A program made the translations under genes and the position numbers. From Chiloscyllium plagiosum (Eukaryota): a stretch of 20,000 bases of DNA. This document shows positions 1 through 9,879 of this stretch, one piece after another. The stretch spans positions 11,843,443-11,863,442 of the forward strand of contig NC_057755.1 of NCBI RefSeq assembly GCF_004010195.1, in the 5' to 3' direction. Below the pieces are notes generated by a model, which worked only from the letters and a program-made list of their open reading frames with translations, was not told the DNA's origin and made no database searches. Position 1 is the first letter of the stretch. The number at the start of each line of letters is the position of its first letter.

Positions 1-590
1 AAAGATCCTTTGGGGTCTTGGACAGAGGTGAGGGGGGAGGTGGGAGTTCAGGTTTTCCACCTCTTGCAGTGGCGAGTGAAGGTGCTGGGTGTGGAGGGTG
101 AGTTAGGCATGGACCAAACGAGAGAGTCACGAATGGAATGGTTTCTGTGGAATGCAAATAGGGGTGGGGAGGGAAATATAGCTCTGCTGGTGGGGTCTAA
201 TTGTAGTTGGTGGAAATGGCGGAGGATAATGTGCTGTATACTGAGATTGGAGAATCAACGTTTCGGGCATAAGCCCTTCTTTGGGCTTATGACCGAAACG
301 TCGATTCTCCTGTTCCTTGGATGCTGCCTGACCTGCTGCGCTTTTCCAGCAACACATTTTCAGCTCTGATCTCCAGCATCTGCAGTCCTCACTTTCTCCT
401 GTATATGGAGATTAGTGGGTTGGAAGCTGAAGACCAGGGGGATTCTATCCATGTGATTAGAGGAGTGTTGTCCAAGAGCAGAGGTGCAGGAAGTGGAGGG
501 TGTTGTTGATCACATGGGTGGGGAAATTGCAGTCTGTGAAATAGGATGCACTGAAGGGCATTGTTAATCATGTTGAAGGGGAAATTCCTT
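1..590 (-). mobile_element. Penelope-like retroelement fragment (region between RT and GIY-YIG), interrupted by a mini pLTR insertion at 249-399
   Basis: 1-240 aligns by eye with 16971-17210 of the PLE that carries YIDD and GIY-YIG motifs (e.g. GGGTGGGGAGGGAAATATA..CTG.TGGTGGGGTC). Boundaries approximate. Confidence 0.75.
249..399 (+). mobile_element. Short PLE pseudo-LTR insertion with 28-bp inverted 5' arm
   Basis: Arms 249-276 and 283-310 are near-perfect inverted repeats. The element ends in the shared CTCCAGCATCTGCAGTCCTCACTTTCTCC terminus and is flanked by an imperfect duplication CTGTATA(CT/TG)GAGATT. Confidence 0.8.
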
Positions 591-595
591 GAAAT

Positions 596-745
596 AGAAT
601 CTCCTCCACTTCCTGCACCTCCGCCCTTGAACCCCACCCCACCAACAAAAAGGATAGAAACGCCCCCACCCCGGCCATCACCTTCCATCCCAATAATCTC
701 AGCATACAGCGCATTATCCTCTGCCATTTTGGTTGCAGTCTTCCT
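596..745 (+). mobile_element. PLE fragment in opposite orientation to its neighbours
   Basis: CTCCTCCACTTC..GCACC..GCCCTTGAACCCCACCCC...CATACAGCGCATTATCCTC is the reverse complement of the PLE segment seen at ~220-500 and 17190-17310. Confidence 0.65.
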
Positions 746-774
746 AAGGGGAAAATGAGGTATTTTCTTCCAGC

Positions 775-2095
775 TTGTGCTGGAAGGTATGTTTTTGGGC
801 CCTTGGATACAGAGAAGGTAAATGGGCAGGTGTTACACCTTTGGTAGTTGCAGGGGAAGGTGCCATGGGACTGTGGGTGGGTGTTGGGAATGAAGGAAGA
901 TTGGACCAAGGTGTCATGAAGGAAACTTGGCCCTGCAGAAGGCGCACAAGGAAGAGGAGGGGAATGTGTCTGCTGGTGACATCTTGCTGGAGGTGGTAGA
1001 AATGGCAGCTGGATGTGGATGTTGGTGGGATAATAGGTAAGGACAAGGGGAACTCTATCGCTGTTGCAGGAGGGAAGAGAAGGGGTGAGGACAGATGTGC
1101 GGCAGATGAATCAGACCCATTGACGGCCCAGTTGCCAACGGTGCTGTGAAATGCACGGTTGAGGAAGAAGGTAGACATTCGGAGGCTCTCGTTGAGGTTT
1201 GCCTCATCAAAACGTATGTGATGAAGGAATTGGGAGAATGGAATGGAGTTCTTAACAGAAACAGGGTGCGAGGATGTATTTTCCAGGTAGCTGTGGAAGT
1301 CGGGTTTATAGTGGACATTGGTGGCAGAAATGGAAATAGATGTCAAGGAAGGGAAGGGAGGAGTCAAAGATAGACCAGGTGAAAGTGAGGGTGGGGTGGA
1401 AATTGGAAGCAAAATCGATTAACTTTCCCAATCCCAGCCAAGAGAGGGAAGCAGCATTTATGATATCGATATATTAAAGAAAGAGTTGTGGGTGGGCTCC
1501 AGAATAGGACTGGAACAAGGAATGTTCCATGTAACCCATGAAGAGACAGGCATAACTGAGGCCAATGGCCACCCCTCTGACCTGGAGAAAATAAGTTAAA
1601 AGAGAAGTTGAGGGTGAGGCCAAGCTCAGCCAAGTGGAAGAGAGTGATGGTGAGTGGGGATGATTCAGACCTTTGTTTCAGGAAGAAGTGGAGAGCCCTG
1701 AGACTATCCTGGTGGAGGATGGATGTGTAAAGGGATTGCACATCGCTGGTAAAGAGGAGGCGGCTGAAGCCTGAAAACTGGAAACTCCAAAACTGGCGTA
1801 AAGTGTCAGAGGAATTACGGGTGTACGTTGGCAGGGACTGGACCACTGGAGAAAAGATTCAATTAAGGTAGAAAGAGATGGGTTCTGTGGGGTAGGAGCA
1901 GACTGAAACAATGGGCAGTCCTGTTTTTGGATTTTTGGAAGGAGGTAGAAGCAATCTGTGGGGCTGGTGGACGATCAGTTTGGAGGCAGTGGGGGAGAGG
2001 TCACCGGATGAAATGAGCCCTGTGACCGTGGTTGACATAATGGCCTCATGTCATCGTGGGCTCATGATCCAGAGGTATCTGTACAACAGCACCAG
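775..2095 (-). mobile_element. Decayed Penelope-like element, reverse transcriptase region
   Basis: Minus-strand translations contain PLE RT motifs LFTSDVQSLYTSILH, LAELGLTLN and the thumb-like TNVHYKP..HSYL..TSSHP...KNSIPFSQFL. Multiple frameshifts. Confidence 0.85.
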
Positions 2096-2107
2096 CCTTA
2101 TTCCAAC

Positions 2108-2385
2108 TATAGAGTCCGAGATGTACAGAATGGATATAGACACTTCTATCCAACTCGTCCAGGCTGACCAGATATTCTAAATTAATCTAGTCCCATTTGC
2201 CTGCACTTGGTTTGTATCCCTCCAAACCCTTCCTAACCATATACCTATCCAGCTACCTTTTAAATGTAATTGTACCAGCTCCACCATTGCCTCCGACATC
2301 TCTATCATACACCCTGTGAAAAAGTTGCCTTTAGGTCCCTTTTAAATCTTTCCCCTCTCGCCCAAAACCTATCCCCTCTCATCCT
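2108..2385 (-). mobile_element. CR1/HER1-type LINE 3' end fragment
   Basis: Reverse complement closely resembles the 3' end of the CR1 at 8080-8372 (TAGAGTC..AGATGTACAG, AATCTAGTCCCA, CCCTCCAAACCCTTCCTA). Confidence 0.8.
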
Positions 2386-2856
2386 GGACTTGTGGAGCAT
2401 CTTCGTGTGGCTTCAACTTGCCACAAGGCTGAGAGCGCAAATGATGCGATGTTGTCTCACTTCCTTTCATAATGTGTACTGTCTCATTAACTCGGTCAGA
2501 CTGACATCCTTCCACTGAACAATAGGGAGATGGTGCCTGCAATTCTGTGGGAAATCGGACAGTACCTCTGCAGAGCAGACATGAAGGGTCGGATGATCTA
2601 ACCATGCTTCTCTTCCTCATGGATTGGCAGAATCTAATTGTTCTGATTTCGAAATGTTCCAGCGACAGATGCCAAGCGGGATCGAATTGCCATCAGCCTT
2701 TACAAAAATTATGGGACAACGTTTGATACACAGATAGCAAAACAATTCTATTCTGATGGATAAGCACTAAACACAATTTGGAACAATCTGTGCTATCGCT
2801 TCCAATGGTCCACCCCTTTCCTCAACCCTAGTATCTGACCAATTTCCACAATATAA

Positions 2857-2993
2857 TAAAACAAAGAACTGCGGGTGCTGAAGATCTGATTGAAAACAGA
2901 AAACGTTTGGAGAAACTCAGTAATTGGGTCTGGTAGCATCTGTGGAGAGGGAAACGGTTAACGTTTCAAATCCAGTGACTTTTTTTCGAACTG
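2857..2993 (-). mobile_element. Degenerate pseudo-LTR of a second PLE subfamily
   Basis: Same layout as the other pLTRs (GAACTGCGGGTGCTG..GATC..GGAGAAACTCAG..GTCTGGTAGCATCTGTGGAGAG..AACGTTTC..hairpin). Contains a decayed hammerhead-like core. Confidence 0.6.
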
Positions 2994-3159
2994 ATCACCT
3001 GGTGCCCACTTTCCACATTGTAATCATTCACCGTTATTAACTAGTTGTGTATTTGCACAAAGCCAACTTTACCTTCTAAAGTTGTAACAATCAGGAATAC
3101 ACTGACTTTTGAATTGTTTCTGGAACTACCTCAGAATCTCCAATGAATTAGGCACAAGC

Positions 3160-3288
3160 CTGCCCGCGCGGTTACTATGGTTCCGGGTGATTGACAGCGA
3201 CTGGTCGCGCCCTCACGGTTGCTAGGCAGCAGCGTTCAGGCCGGAGTCCGGAGAAGGGAACGGGATCGTGGAGACGAGAAGATCCACC
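3160..3288 (+). promoter_or_regulatory. CpG-rich promoter/5' UTR with RFX X-box-like motifs (3171-3184, 3218-3230) and a PBX-PKNOX/MEIS decamer (3188-3197)
   Basis: Sharp rise in CpG density from ~3160. GTTGCTAGGCAGC is 1 mismatch from the X-box GTTGCTAGGCAAC. GTTACTATGGTTCC has a good left half-site. TGATTGACAG is an exact PBX-PKNOX decamer. Confidence 0.7.
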
Positions 3289-3580
3289 ATGTCGGTGCAG
3301 TTGGCCCGGAGCTCACTGGCAATGGTTCTGGGGGTTCGGGAAGCGGCCTCGAGGCCGGACCTGAGCGGGCAGCAGTTGCTGGCACAACTGAAGGCGGAGA
3401 ACCGGCGCAATGTGTGGGATGGGCGGCTGGTTCAGGCCGTATCCGGCCTCCTGCTCCTCGGCTGTCTGGATAGCTCGGTCTTGCTGCTAGGTGGCAGCGC
3501 CTCACACCTACAGGTCCTGAGGGAAGCTTGGAGCCGGAGAGCACTGAGGGCCCCCCGCGGATTCCGTATCAAAGCCATGG
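3289..3580 (+). CDS. First coding exon of an unidentified host gene (97 codons + 1 nt: MSVQLARSSL...REAWSRRALRAPRGFRIKAM)
   Basis: CCACCATG Kozak context, open GC/CpG-rich non-repetitive frame, and a consensus donor G|GTGAGT at 3580/3581 (phase 1). Confidence 0.8.
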
Positions 3581-3650
3581 GTGAGTGTCTGGAGAGAGAG
3601 AGACTTGGGTACAGCGAGAAGTACAATACTGAGAGGGGGTGTTGGGGGGA

Positions 3651-4150
3651 NNNNNNNNNNNNNNNNNNNNNNNNNNNNNNNNNNNNNNNNNNNNNNNNNN
3701 NNNNNNNNNNNNNNNNNNNNNNNNNNNNNNNNNNNNNNNNNNNNNNNNNNNNNNNNNNNNNNNNNNNNNNNNNNNNNNNNNNNNNNNNNNNNNNNNNNNN
3801 NNNNNNNNNNNNNNNNNNNNNNNNNNNNNNNNNNNNNNNNNNNNNNNNNNNNNNNNNNNNNNNNNNNNNNNNNNNNNNNNNNNNNNNNNNNNNNNNNNNN
3901 NNNNNNNNNNNNNNNNNNNNNNNNNNNNNNNNNNNNNNNNNNNNNNNNNNNNNNNNNNNNNNNNNNNNNNNNNNNNNNNNNNNNNNNNNNNNNNNNNNNN
4001 NNNNNNNNNNNNNNNNNNNNNNNNNNNNNNNNNNNNNNNNNNNNNNNNNNNNNNNNNNNNNNNNNNNNNNNNNNNNNNNNNNNNNNNNNNNNNNNNNNNN
4101 NNNNNNNNNNNNNNNNNNNNNNNNNNNNNNNNNNNNNNNNNNNNNNNNNN
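3651..4150. other. Assembly gap (500 N)
   Basis: Run of exactly 500 N, probably a fixed-size scaffold spacer. True length unknown. Confidence 0.99.
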
Positions 4151-4799
4151 TTTCACTATAGAACATTGTTTGTAGGAATGTCTCTCAGGGACTACAATTT
4201 ACAAAAACCTTTTCATCTGACTGCCTGCTCCTGATCTTTGGTGAGGAAACTAAGCTAGGTGGACCATTTTGCTAATGCAACACTCCAGGCTTGTTTTGTC
4301 ATTGAAAGTTTTCTTGTCCTTATCCTTTCCTACTGAGTGCAATGACTCTTGCTGGCATACAGTTCCACGACCACAAGCCATCAGGGATGTCATCGATGTG
4401 GCTGGTCTTTGTGAGAGAATGAGACCACTGTCAGCAATGAGATCGAGCAGTAACAGTAATGAGGCAGTGCTGGATTGCAGAATTACAGTGAACTCTGTTA
4501 GAAGAGTTGAGTAAGATTTTTCTCTCAAATTCTCCAACTTCCTTTATTTCTGTCACCAGAGTTTGTGAAAAGTCATCTCTTCTCAGCTGAAGTTACTGTT
4601 CAATTGTATCTGATGGGACTCTTTGCCTCAACTTCATTCTCTTTGGAGGGATTTCCTTGTCTTTGTCTTCCATCCCACCCAACTCCATATTTACTGAATC
4701 AGTTGAAATTTACCTTACATGCAAGATGATCTCACTGCCTCCCCCACCCGAAGCACATCTTCTCCCTCATCTCCCTGCTCTCTGTTCAGTCAACCATCA

Positions 4800-5008
4800 G
4801 TTGAAACTTTATTGCTGGAACAGCACAGCAGGTCAGGCAGCATCCAGGGAACAGGAGATTCGACGTTTCGGGCACAGGCCCTTCTGAAGAAGGGCCTGTG
4901 CCCGAAACGTCGAATGTCCTGTTCCCTGGATGCTGCCTGACCTGCTGTGCTGTTCCAGCAATAAAGTTTCAACTTTGATCTCCAGCATCTGCAGACCTCA
5001 CTTTCTCC
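4800..5008 (+). mobile_element. Mini PLE insertion: inverted pLTR pair (palindrome 4800-4973) plus 35-nt tail, 14-bp TSD
   Basis: 86-bp arms, 2-nt spacer, one mismatch. TCAGTCAACCATCA is duplicated at 4786-4799 and 5009-5022. Confidence 0.9.
4884..4914 (+). ncRNA. Minimal type I hammerhead ribozyme motif (helix I weakened by the inversion junction)
   Basis: CTGAAGA-A-GGGC-CTGT-GCCC-GAAAC-GTC: conserved CUGANGA and GAAA boxes, 4-bp helix II, GUC triplet. Confidence 0.7.
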
Positions 5009-5444
5009 TCAGTCAACCATCATACCTGTTCAGTATGAAGTCAAGCAACTGTTTGCTTTTCACCACCTGGTATCATTATTCAGGTCCCAACACCTGTAGC
5101 AGATAAGGTAAGAAGTCATGTACAAATAGAACATAAAACAGTATAGCACAGGAGCAGGCCCTTTGGCCCACCATATCTGCACCAGCCATGATGCAATCTA
5201 AATTAATCCAATCTGCTGGCACATGGTCCATATCCCTGTATTCTCTGTCTGCTCATGTATCTATCGAAATGCCTCTTAAACATTGTTATAGTATCTGTGT
5301 CTACCACCTCCCCAGGCATTGTATTCCAGTCACCTACTATCCCTGTGTGAAAAAAAAAACTCCTTGCACGTCTCATCTTAAACCTCATCTTAAACCTGTG
5401 CTTCCTGGTATTTGACATTACTACCTTGGAAAAGAGACTCCAAT

Positions 5445-5570
5445 GGAGAAAGTGAGGTCTGCAGATGCTGGAGATCAAAGTTGAAACTTTATTGCTGGAA
5501 CAGCACAGCAGGTCAGGCAGCATCCAGGGAACAGGAGATTCGACGTTTCGGGCACAGGCCCTTCTTCAGG
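5445..5570 (-). mobile_element. Solo mini PLE pLTR insertion with 13-bp TSD
   Basis: AAGAGACTCCAAT is duplicated at 5432-5444 and 5571-5583. Sequence is essentially identical to the 4800-5008 element. Confidence 0.9.
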
Positions 5571-5572
5571 AA
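5539..5572 (-). ncRNA. Minimal type I hammerhead ribozyme motif (best preserved copy)
   Basis: Minus strand reads TTC-CTGAAGA-A-GGGC-CTGT-GCCC-GAAAC-GTC-GAA: helix I TTC/GAA, helix II GGGC/GCCC, and self-complementary ACGT in place of helix III. Confidence 0.75.
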
Positions 5573-6847
5573 GAGACTCCAATATCCACCTTATCTGTGC
5601 CTCTCAATTTTATATACTTATACCTGTTCACCCCACAGCCTCTGACAGCCTTGCAAAAACAATCCAAGTTTGTCCAAACTTTCCTTGTAGCTAATACACT
5701 GTCATCCAGGCAGCATCCTGGTAAAGTTCTTCTGCATCCTCTCCAAAGTCTCCACATTCTACCCATAATCTGTCATCCAGAATTTCACACGGTACTCCAA
5801 ATGTAGCCTAACCAAAAGCCCTATTCGGTTACAACATGACTTTACCAACTTGTATACTCAATGCCCCGATTGATAAAGGCAGCATGCCATATGTTTTCTT
5901 TACCACCTTATACACATTTGTTTCCATTTTCAAGGAACTAGGGCCTTGGACCAGAATGCAGCCATTTACTGTATATCTTCCTCTTGCATTTGACCTCCCA
6001 AAATGCCTCACCTCTAACTTGTCCCAAATACACTTCACCTGCCATTTCCCTGCACAACTTTCCAGTACATCCTTTGATATCCTTCCTCACTACCACAAAT
6101 TCACCAATTTTCATGTCATCTGCAAACTTATTAATCACAACATGTACATTTCATCCAAATCATTTATGTATATTAGAAATGACAGAGGTCCCAGCACTTG
6201 TGTGCAGTTCTTTTTGTTTTTTAAATAACGTTGGTGATTGTCCAATATTCTGGGACTTCACCAGTGGTTGAAGAAGATATAAAACCTCTGCCTAGGCCCC
6301 AGCAATCTCCTCCATTGCTGCTCCGGTATCTTGGGATAGATCCCATTAGGCTTTGGGGACTTGCTTGTTTTTCAAGACACCAACACCAAGTCCTCCTTAA
6401 TGTAAGCATGACTTAGATTGTCGACAAACTTATCTGGGATTTTCCTAATCTGCAAAATTCTATACCCTGTTCGCAGTGTACCCTTTATGTTGGAGGAACT
6501 ATATCTCAATTAAGTTAATTTCCCAGATGCACTCCAATGTCCAGCGAGACATGAATTCAAAACAGTAAGGGCCGTAACTGCGTAGGTTCTCTCTCTCTCT
6601 CTCTCCTGCACTGTCCTCACCATGTGCTTCCTTTGTCTGTTCTTCTCCCTTTTAAGACTGCTGTTGTTTTGACTTTTTTTTTCCAAAGTTCCAAAACAAT
6701 ACAACAGCATATGAAACAGTAATTACTGCTCCTGGAATTCGAGGAAATCACCTCCAGCACCTAAAATATCTCAAAAAAAGGAGCAGCAGTTACAGCCAGA
6801 AATTTTTCCCGTCCTCTATCTTGGATTACCCAGAATCCTCATCATCT

Positions 6848-8372
6848 TAGAGAAGTGATTGCTGGGACTCTTGCTGAGATATTTGTATCATCGATAGTCA
6901 CAGGTGAGGTGCCGGAAGACTGGAGATTGGCAAACGTTCCACTGTTTAAGAAGGGTGGTAAGGACAAGCCAGGAAATTATAGACCAGTGAGCCTGACCTC
7001 AGTGGTGGGCAAGTTGTTGGAGGGAATCCTGAGGGACAGGATGTACATGTATTTGGAAAGGCAAGGACTGATTAGGGATCATCAACATGACTTTGTGAGT
7101 GGGAAATCATGTCTCACAAACTTGATTGAGTTTTTTGAAGGAGTAACAAAGACGATTGATGAGGGAAGAGCAGTAGATGTGATCTATATGGACTTCAGTA
7201 AGGCGTTCAACAAGGTTCCCCATGGTAGACTGATTAGCAAGGTTAGATCTCATGGAATACGGGGAGAACTAGCCATTTGGATACAGAACTTGCTCAAAGG
7301 TAGAAGACAGAGGGTGGTGGTGGAGGGTTGTTTTTCAGACTGGAGGCCTGTGACCAGTGACCAGTGGAGTACCACAAGGATCGGTCCTGGGTCCTCTACT
7401 TTTTGTCATTTACATAAATGATTATATGGGAGAATAAGAGGTACAGATAGCAAGTTTTCAGATGACACCAAAATTGGAGGTGTAGTGGACAGTGAAGTGG
7501 GTTACCTCAGATTACAACAGGATCTTGACTAGATGGGCCAATGGGCTGAGAAGTGGCAGATGGAGTTTAATTCAGATAAACATGAGGTGCTGCATTTTGG
7601 GAAAGCAAATCTTAGCAGGACTTATACACTTAATGGTAAGGTCCTAGGGAGTGTTGCTGAACAAAGAGACCTTGGAGTGCAGGGTCATAGCTCCTTGAAA
7701 GTGGAGTCGCAGGTAGATAGGATAGTGAAGAAGGTGTTTGATATGCTTTCCTTTATTGGTCAGAATATTGAGTACAGGAGTTGGGAGGTCATGTTGCAGC
7801 TGTACAGGACATTGATTAGGCCACTGTTGGAATATTGAATGCAATTCTGGTCTCCTTCCTATTGGAAAGATGTTGTGAAACTTGAAAGGGTTCAGAAAAG
7901 ATTTATAAGGATGTTGCCAGGGTTGGAGGATTTGAGCTATAAGGAGAGGTTGAAAAGGCTGGGGCTGTTTTCCCTGGAGCGTCAGAGGCTGAGGGGTGAC
8001 CGTTTAGAGGTTTACAAAATTATGAGGGGCATGGATAGGGTAAATCGGCAAAGTCTTTTCCCTGGGGTTGGTGAATCCAGAACTAGAGGGCATAGGTTTA
8101 GGGTTAGAGGGGAAAGATATAAAGGAGACCTACGGGGCAATTTTTCCACACAGAGGGTGGTACGGGTATGGAATGAGCTGCCAGAGGACGTGGTGGAGGC
8201 TGGTATAATTGCAACATTAAAGAGGCATTTGGATGGGTATATGAATAGGAAGGGTTTGGAGGGATATGGACCAGTGTTGGCAGGTGGGACTAGATTGGGT
8301 TGGGATATCTGGTCGGCATGGACGGGTTGGACCGAAGGGTCTGTTTCCATGCTGTACGTCTCTATGACTCTA
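6848..8372 (+). mobile_element. 5'-truncated CR1/HER1-type LINE, RT through 3' tail, inactivated
   Basis: VPEDWRLANVPLFKKG..PGNYRPVSLTSVVGK, YMDFSKAF, KFSDD, RPLLEY*, WNELP. A 7-bp tandem duplication (GTGACCA, 7350-7363) shifts the frame, there is a stop at 7836-7838, and the tail is CTCTATGACTCTA. Confidence 0.95.
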
Positions 8373-8536
8373 AGTGAACAAGGTACATGAAAATTTCACA
8401 AATTGGAGTGTATTTATCATTTTCAGGTTGCAGCTCTGAAACAGCACTATAAAATTGCTTTCCATCTGTAAAATTGTAAGATCTTCATGTTTTGATGTAT
8501 CATATTAAAGATCAGTAGAGTAAATCTGCCAGGGTA

Positions 8537-9122
8537 AACATAAACATAGAAACATAGAAGATAGGAGCAAGAGCAGGCCATCAGCCCTTTGAGCCTGCTC
8601 TACCATTCGTCACCATTATGGTTGATCATCTAACTCAGTACCTTAATTCTGCTTTCTTCCTATAACCTTTGATCCCATTCACCCTAAATCCTAAATCTCG
8701 CTGCCTCTTGATTACATTTAATATTTTGACATCAACTACTTCCAATGGTAATGAATTTCACAGGTTCACCACTCTTTGGGTGAAGAAATATCTCCTTGTC
8801 TCCATCCTAAATGGTCCACTCTGAATCCTCAGATTGTAATGCCTGTTCTGTACACACCCACTAGCAGAAACATCCTTCCTGCATCTACCCTGTCTAGTCC
8901 CGTTAGTATTTTGTAAGTCTCTATGAGATCCTCCCTCACTCGTCTGAACTCCAGCAAAAATAATCCTAACCTAGTCAATCTCTCCTCATGTGTCAGTCCC
9001 ACCATCCCTGGAATCAACATGGTAAACCTTTGCACTCACTCGAGAGCAAGATCATCCTTCCTTAGCAAAGGAAACCAAAACTGCACACAATATTCTTGGT
9101 GTGGATCACCAAGGCCCTGTAT
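8537..9122 (-). mobile_element. CR1-clade LINE 3' fragment
   Basis: AAACATAG-type tail repeats at ~8537-8560. Minus translation QRFTMLIPGMVGLTHEERLTRLGLFLLEFRRVREDLIETYKIL. Confidence 0.9.
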
Positions 9123-9879
9123 ATGGTTAGTATCAGAATGTTTATAGAACAGAAGGAGGTTATTCAGAAAAAGCAGTCTGTTTATTCAACCAAACTAGAT
9201 CCCTCCCTTACATTGAGCACAGAACCAACAAAACTTACAAGTATGTATTTTGAATTAAACTTATAACGGTAGTTAGATTTTACTTCTATTCCCAACCACT
9301 GAAGAACGGAATCTCCATAAAACTAACAAAATCAAAATGAATCTGCTTTGTGTTTATCACTGTTTCATTGTTTGATATGTGGTTCTTGGTGTTTGATTGC
9401 CAACCTGTCTGTTCAATATTACTGTATTCCCTCTATTCTCAGTAAATCTGAAAAATGTTGCAAATCCAATAAAGTACTAACATGTACATGATCAAAGATT
9501 AGGCCCACGCAGTGGGTAACGAATGCCAAGTTATTTGTCTACCTCATTTTTTTGACAAACCCTGCAGGAGGCTCCTCTCTCTTTTAAAAACATCTTCCTT
9601 TCTCCAATCACTTATGGATCATGTGTGTTGTGCAATATGTCATTTACTGTGTTATATTGTGAATCAACTCTGTAAGAACTCTGGTCTAATCACCTTAAAG
9701 GTAGATCATTCAAAGCCTTTGGAAATAAATGTGAGATACATTATATCAGCTTATAACAGGTTTGACACAAAAGATTTCAAACATAAAGAAAAAATATTGG
9801 ATTGTCCAAAACAGTAAACACCATCTAAACCCAACTCTTACAACACCCCTGTTGAAACTGAGGACACTACAGCTGGCTG

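Larger units (their letters stand above)
5127..6410 (-). mobile_element. Decayed CR1-clade LINE (3' end plus RT pieces with internal deletions), interrupted at 5445-5570
   Basis: Tail AGAACATAAAACAGTATAGCACAGGAGCAGGCC. Minus translations include INKFADDMKIG and HRFK...WNTMPGEVVDTDTITMFKRHFDRYM. Confidence 0.85.

Noticed and set aside
561..758. Proline-rich ORF with a hydrophobic C-terminus
   Set aside because: A translation of a C-rich PLE fragment; no splice or promoter support.
3432..4234. Long ORFs spanning the N run
   Set aside because: Artefacts of translating through the assembly gap; only 3289-3580 is supported.
4250..4537. Minus ORF with SLLLLLDL resembling an L2 RT motif
   Set aside because: Neighbouring AAFDT/HSTET motifs are absent; similarity is too weak to call.
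6855..8390. Consecutive RT ORFs as programmed frameshift or readthrough
   Set aside because: Explained by a 7-bp duplication, small indels and a point nonsense mutation typical of neutral decay.
8410..8451. TTTTCAG|GT acceptor as exon 2
   Set aside because: In phase 1 it reaches TAA after 7 codons with no strong donor before it.
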